DNA of 55,169 nt from Patescibacteria group bacterium. GTDB taxonomy: Bacteria > Patescibacteriota > Patescibacteriia > JAHIZJ01. The notes below the pieces were generated by a model. It saw only the letters and a list, made by a program, of their open reading frames with translations, had not been told where the DNA came from and searched no databases. The position numbers were made by a program, and so were the translations under genes. Positions 52,258 to 55,169 of this stretch are shown here, in pieces. Where the stretch lies: the NCBI GenBank assembly GCA_028714495.1, contig JAQTMH010000006.1, positions 1-55,169 on the forward strand, given 5' to 3'. Every line of letters begins with the position of its first letter. Within the stretch, counting starts at the first letter, position 1.

Positions 52258-55169
52258 TTATAAGTCGCAACAGATAATATCAGTCAGACGGTCTAACTCA
52301 TCACCAGTACCACTATCCCAGAACTTCACCCCGCACACGTATTTACCCTCCGAACACATTACCGTAGTCCCATCTGGTTGGCCGGGCATGCTTATTACTT
52401 CGGACGCTCCATGAACATTGCCTTGTACTCCCAGATCTCCATACGAAAAAACACCATATCGGGTACCAGTGCCAGCGCCAGCTTTTCCGTAAACACCATA
52501 GCTGTATTCGCCAGCATCAGTCGGGCCAGCCTCACCCCAGACACCAACAGTGGTTCCGGTAGAACCAGTCGCTCCGCCTTTGCCCCAAACGCCAGCTGAA
52601 CGCCCCTGCTGGGCCGTAATGTCTCGTCCAATACCAGCCACACCGTAACTTCCGCGATTAGTAGTGGTGGTCGAACCGCCCACACCCAAAATACCAACGC
52701 CGGTATTGGAGGTTGATTCATTGATTGCTCGAAGTGTGCTTAGTGAATTCCAGGATGGCTCGAGAGTGGAAAAGCGGCCATACCCGCTGAAACTACCGGC
52801 ATATCCGCCTGCGTTATTCTGCTGGGCATAGAGGGTTGAATTAGTAGTATTAGCATAAACAGCAATCGCATCACCAACGCTGCCGGTTCCTGATTGGTCT
52901 TTATTAACGACGAATCTTCCCACTGGAGCTGTTTGGCTGATTCCGACATTGCCATCCTTGTCTATTCTCATATTCTCGTAGACATTTCCATCAACACCAT
53001 TTAGAAACTTGGTTATCGCCTTACCGCCCGCAGCGATTTCAAAATTGATTGCTCCACGCAGCGTGCCAGGATCGGCTCCGTCGTAGAATGAGTACTGAGC
53101 CTGGTCGGCCACAGCATCAGCAGTATTGCGCAGGCGGATGTTCGGACCGATAGCTCCACTAGCGCTTTTATTTATCTGTAATTGACTGGTTGGAGCATTC
53201 GTTCCGATGCCCACATTGCCAGTGTCTTGCTTCAGGTACATGATTGGATCAATAGTGCTCGAGGATATCTTCAAATCACGAGTTGGAGTATAGAGATTGT
53301 TTATTCCGCCATAAGCGCCAAGGGTTAGATATATTTCAGGAGAGCTGGGTGAACCAAGGTTTATCTGTGGGCCGGTACCTATACCCGCGAAGTCTAGCTG
53401 AACCGCGTAAGTTCCATTATCAGCCCGGACATTTCCTCCAATATGCAGTTTTTCTAATGGGTCTGATTTGCCGATTCCGACATTGCCGTCTGTTTTAACA
53501 AATACCCCCTCATCACCGCCGTCATTTGAAACCCAGAAGCCGCTCATCTTCAAGTTCTGCGTGGCCGTGTGATTGCCAAGGTTGTCAGCGCTTCCACCCG
53601 TGGCGCTGATTTGCAGGGTTTCATTAGCGCCATTATTTAATTCAGTCAGAGTAATATTTGAACCGGCAACCAGTTTGCCATTGAGATAACCAGCAGTCGT
53701 GTCATTGGCGCTTACTTTGGCAAGTTCATCGGTGACAGCTTGGCATGTTACGGTACCGTTCGCATTAATCACCCTGATTGCTTGTCCAGCTGCGCAATCA
53801 CTGAAGAATTTGGTTGAGCCGTCACCTTTGAAGATACTAGTAGCGATCGCGACACTGCCATTGACATCAAGGGTGGCATCAGGCGTTTCATCGTTGATAG
53901 CCAGCCGACCGTTTTGTAAATATAGAGTAGTGGTATTAGCTGAGCCAGTCTCATAGATTTGAAGGCGAGGGATGTTGTCTTCCCAATAGATTCCAGCTTG
54001 CTCACCGGGGGCAGTGTTAAAGGTAATAGCTGATTGACTTGAGGCTGGAGTTTTTAAGGTAAGATAGCTGATACCAGTGCCGCTTTCAATCAGCATTGGG
54101 GTGTCGCCAGAGTTGTAGAGATGGAGTTTATCAGTCGGGCTGGCTGTGCCGATACCGACATTGCCTGCCGTATCAATCACCAGCCGGTCTTTTTCCAATT
54201 CAGTTCCACCCGCACTGTTGTCCTTGAAGACCAATTTACCCTGACCCTCGCCCGCATCACCGCCGGCTGCGATGAGCGACCACATACGACCACCAGCTAG
54301 ACCAGTAGAGTCAAGGCGCGCATCACTGCCCCAGGTCTGACCGCCATAGACATGCAGTCGCGACACAGGATTAGCGAAGCCGATGCCGACTTTTGTGCTG
54401 GCCGGAGTTTTTGGATTTATGGCAACCCCCTGGGTTCCTTCCCAAAGTGATTCGCCGCCCGTGACAGTGGCCCAAGTTAAATTCCCGCTGCCGTTATTTC
54501 TCAGGTAGGTATTAGCCGCCCCTTGAGCCGCTGGCCAAACATAGGAGACGTTTTTAATCTTTACAAGATCGCCGATAGAATTGACCTGAAATAAATCATT
54601 GGTGCCAACGGTCAGCAAAGATACTGGGCTGGTATCGCCAATTCCGACATTACCCGCAGTGTCAATAGTTAAGCGGGCCATAGTTTGCGGATCTCCGCCA
54701 GCATCAACATCTCGTATGATGAATTTACCGATTCCATAATCAACTGCCGATCCTGACCCGGTGGATATGATATCCCATCTTCGGCCGTCAACTCCAGATT
54801 CCCGGGCGTTGAGAGCGATGTCCGCGCCGGCAGAATGTCCAGCGTCAGCATAGACTTCCAGTTTTGAGAGGGCCTGGACAGTGGTTGAACCAACCAAGAC
54901 GCTGATTGAGGAAGTGGGATGAAGCGTGACGCCAGTTATATCCCAGTGGCTGGTTCCACTGCCCGTGGCATCTGCTCCGCACTGAAGCTTGCCGCCAGTA
55001 CCAGTATCTAGCGTTTGCGCTCCACTACAATTTGGTAAAGCCGGCAGGTAAACATCACCATTGGCGGCAACTCTGAATTTATTGGCCCCACTATCCTGGA
55101 CTAAAAACTCACCCGCTCCATCAAGGTTGAAAGTCAGGTTATTCGCTCCCTGGGTGATGGTGGTCGCTC
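52258..55169 (-). CDS. Second giant fibre-like surface protein (paralog), 5' end outside the window, with a Cys-containing C-terminal tip instead of the S74 domain
   Basis: The frame stays open upstream of the listed TTG at 54897 to the window edge; I translated ...NGDVYLPALPNCSGAQTLDTGTGGKLQCGADATGSGTSHWDITGVTLHPTSSISVLVGSTTV. Shares modules and identical DNA blocks with 47273-52126. Ends ...VMCSEGKYVCGVKFWDSGTGDELDRLTDIICCDL. Confidence 0.8.
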   Translation of the reverse strand, partial: ATTITQGANNLTFNLDGAGEFLVQDSGANKFRVAANGDVYLPALPNCSGAQTLDTGTGGKLQCGADATGSGTSHWDITGVTLHPTSSISVLVGSTTVQALSKLEVYADAGHSAGADIALNARESGVDGRRWDIISTGSGSAVDYGIGKFIIRDVDAGGDPQTMARLTIDTAGNVGIGDTSPVSLLTVGTNDLFQVNSIGDLVKIKNVSYVWPAAQGAANTYLRNNGSGNLTWATVTGGESLWEGTQGVAINPKTPASTKVGIGFANPVSRLHVYGGQTWGSDARLDSTGLAGGRMWSLIAAGGDAGEGQGKLVFKDNSAGGTELEKDRLVIDTAGNVGIGTASPTDKLHLYNSGDTPMLIESGTGISYLTLKTPASSQSAITFNTAPGEQAGIYWEDNIPRLQIYETGSANTTTLYLQNGRLAINDETPDATLDVNGSVAIATSIFKGDGSTKFFSDCAAGQAIRVINANGTVTCQAVTDELAKVSANDTTAGYLNGKLVAGSNITLTELNNGANETLQISATGGSADNLGNHTATQNLKMSGFWVSNDGGDEGVFVKTDGNVGIGKSDPLEKLHIGGNVRADNGTYAVQLDFAGIGTGPQINLGSPSSPEIYLTLGAYGGINNLYTPTRDLKISSSTIDPIMYLKQDTGNVGIGTNAPTSQLQINKSASGAIGPNIRLRNTADAVADQAQYSFYDGADPGTLRGAINFEIAAGGKAITKFLNGVDGNVYENMRIDKDGNVGISQTAPVGRFVVNKDQSGTGSVGDAIAVYANTTNSTLYAQQNNAGGYAGSFSGYGRFSTLEPSWNSLSTLRAINESTSNTGVGILGVGGSTTTTNRGSYGVAGIGRDITAQQGRSAGVWGKGGATGSTGTTVGVWGEAGPTDAGEYSYGVYGKAGAGTGTRYGVFSYGDLGVQGNVHGASEVISMPGQPDGTTVMCSEGKYVCGVKFWDSGTGDELDRLTDIICCDL

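Noticed and set aside
47273-55169. Prophage or diversity-generating retroelement as an explanation for the giant repeat genes.
   Set aside because: No capsid, terminase, baseplate, integrase or reverse-transcriptase genes are in the window. The repeated blocks are 100% identical rather than showing adenine-specific mismatches between a template and a variable repeat. This cannot be excluded for sequence beyond 55169.
1-55169. Alternative genetic code (UGA recoding, as in some CPR lineages) and CRISPR arrays.
   Set aside because: Long conserved genes are intact under the standard code. TGA appears as a plausible terminal stop, for example at 27150-27152 and 32294-32296. No regularly spaced direct repeats with unique spacers were seen. 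The only periodic DNA is the coding Asn-rich tract and the giant-gene modules.

Overview
This is a gene-dense bacterial chromosome segment that reads cleanly with the standard code; most long genes are on the minus strand. I recognised no rRNA, tRNA or CRISPR array.

Housekeeping content:
- dnaN 3' end, a DUF721 gene, class A PBP, tyrS, ruvC, yebC
- bifunctional-type PGI/PMI, galU, Fe/Mn SOD, dus
- Rrf2-nifS-nifU, glyA-folD, ychF
- rpsF-ssb-rpsR-efp, recA, a RodZ-like gene, ftsK, rpoB-rpoC

The gene style suggests a small-genome CPR/Patescibacteria-type organism (inference only). The cues are GH57 plus GlgA glycogen genes, mini TrbC/VirB2-like pilins, giant repetitive surface proteins, and rpsR not followed by rplI.

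Non-routine content:
1. Two tandem giant fibre-like surface protein genes (47.3-55.2 kb) share perfectly identical DNA blocks inside otherwise diverged sequence. They carry different C-terminal tips, one of them a phage tail-fibre-type S74 intramolecular chaperone domain.
2. A duplicated alpha-glucan module runs glgA-GH57-GH57-(APH-like kinase)-glgA-galT. One GH57 has a UVR domain fused to it, and the kinase-like protein has an altered catalytic motif.
3. Three tandem VirB2/TrbC-like mini-pilin genes.
4. A 164-bp MITE is present in two copies, each with terminal inverted repeats and a 5-bp target-site duplication.
5. A second, hairpin-rich about 280-bp intergenic repeat family is present in two copies, each followed by an intrinsic terminator. 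These are candidate structured RNAs.
6. Three small plus-strand G+C-rich orphan transcription units are embedded between core genes. One encodes an Arg-rich protein with four DnaJ-type CxxCxGxG zinc-finger repeats.

All motif calls come from reading the translations. No database search was possible.
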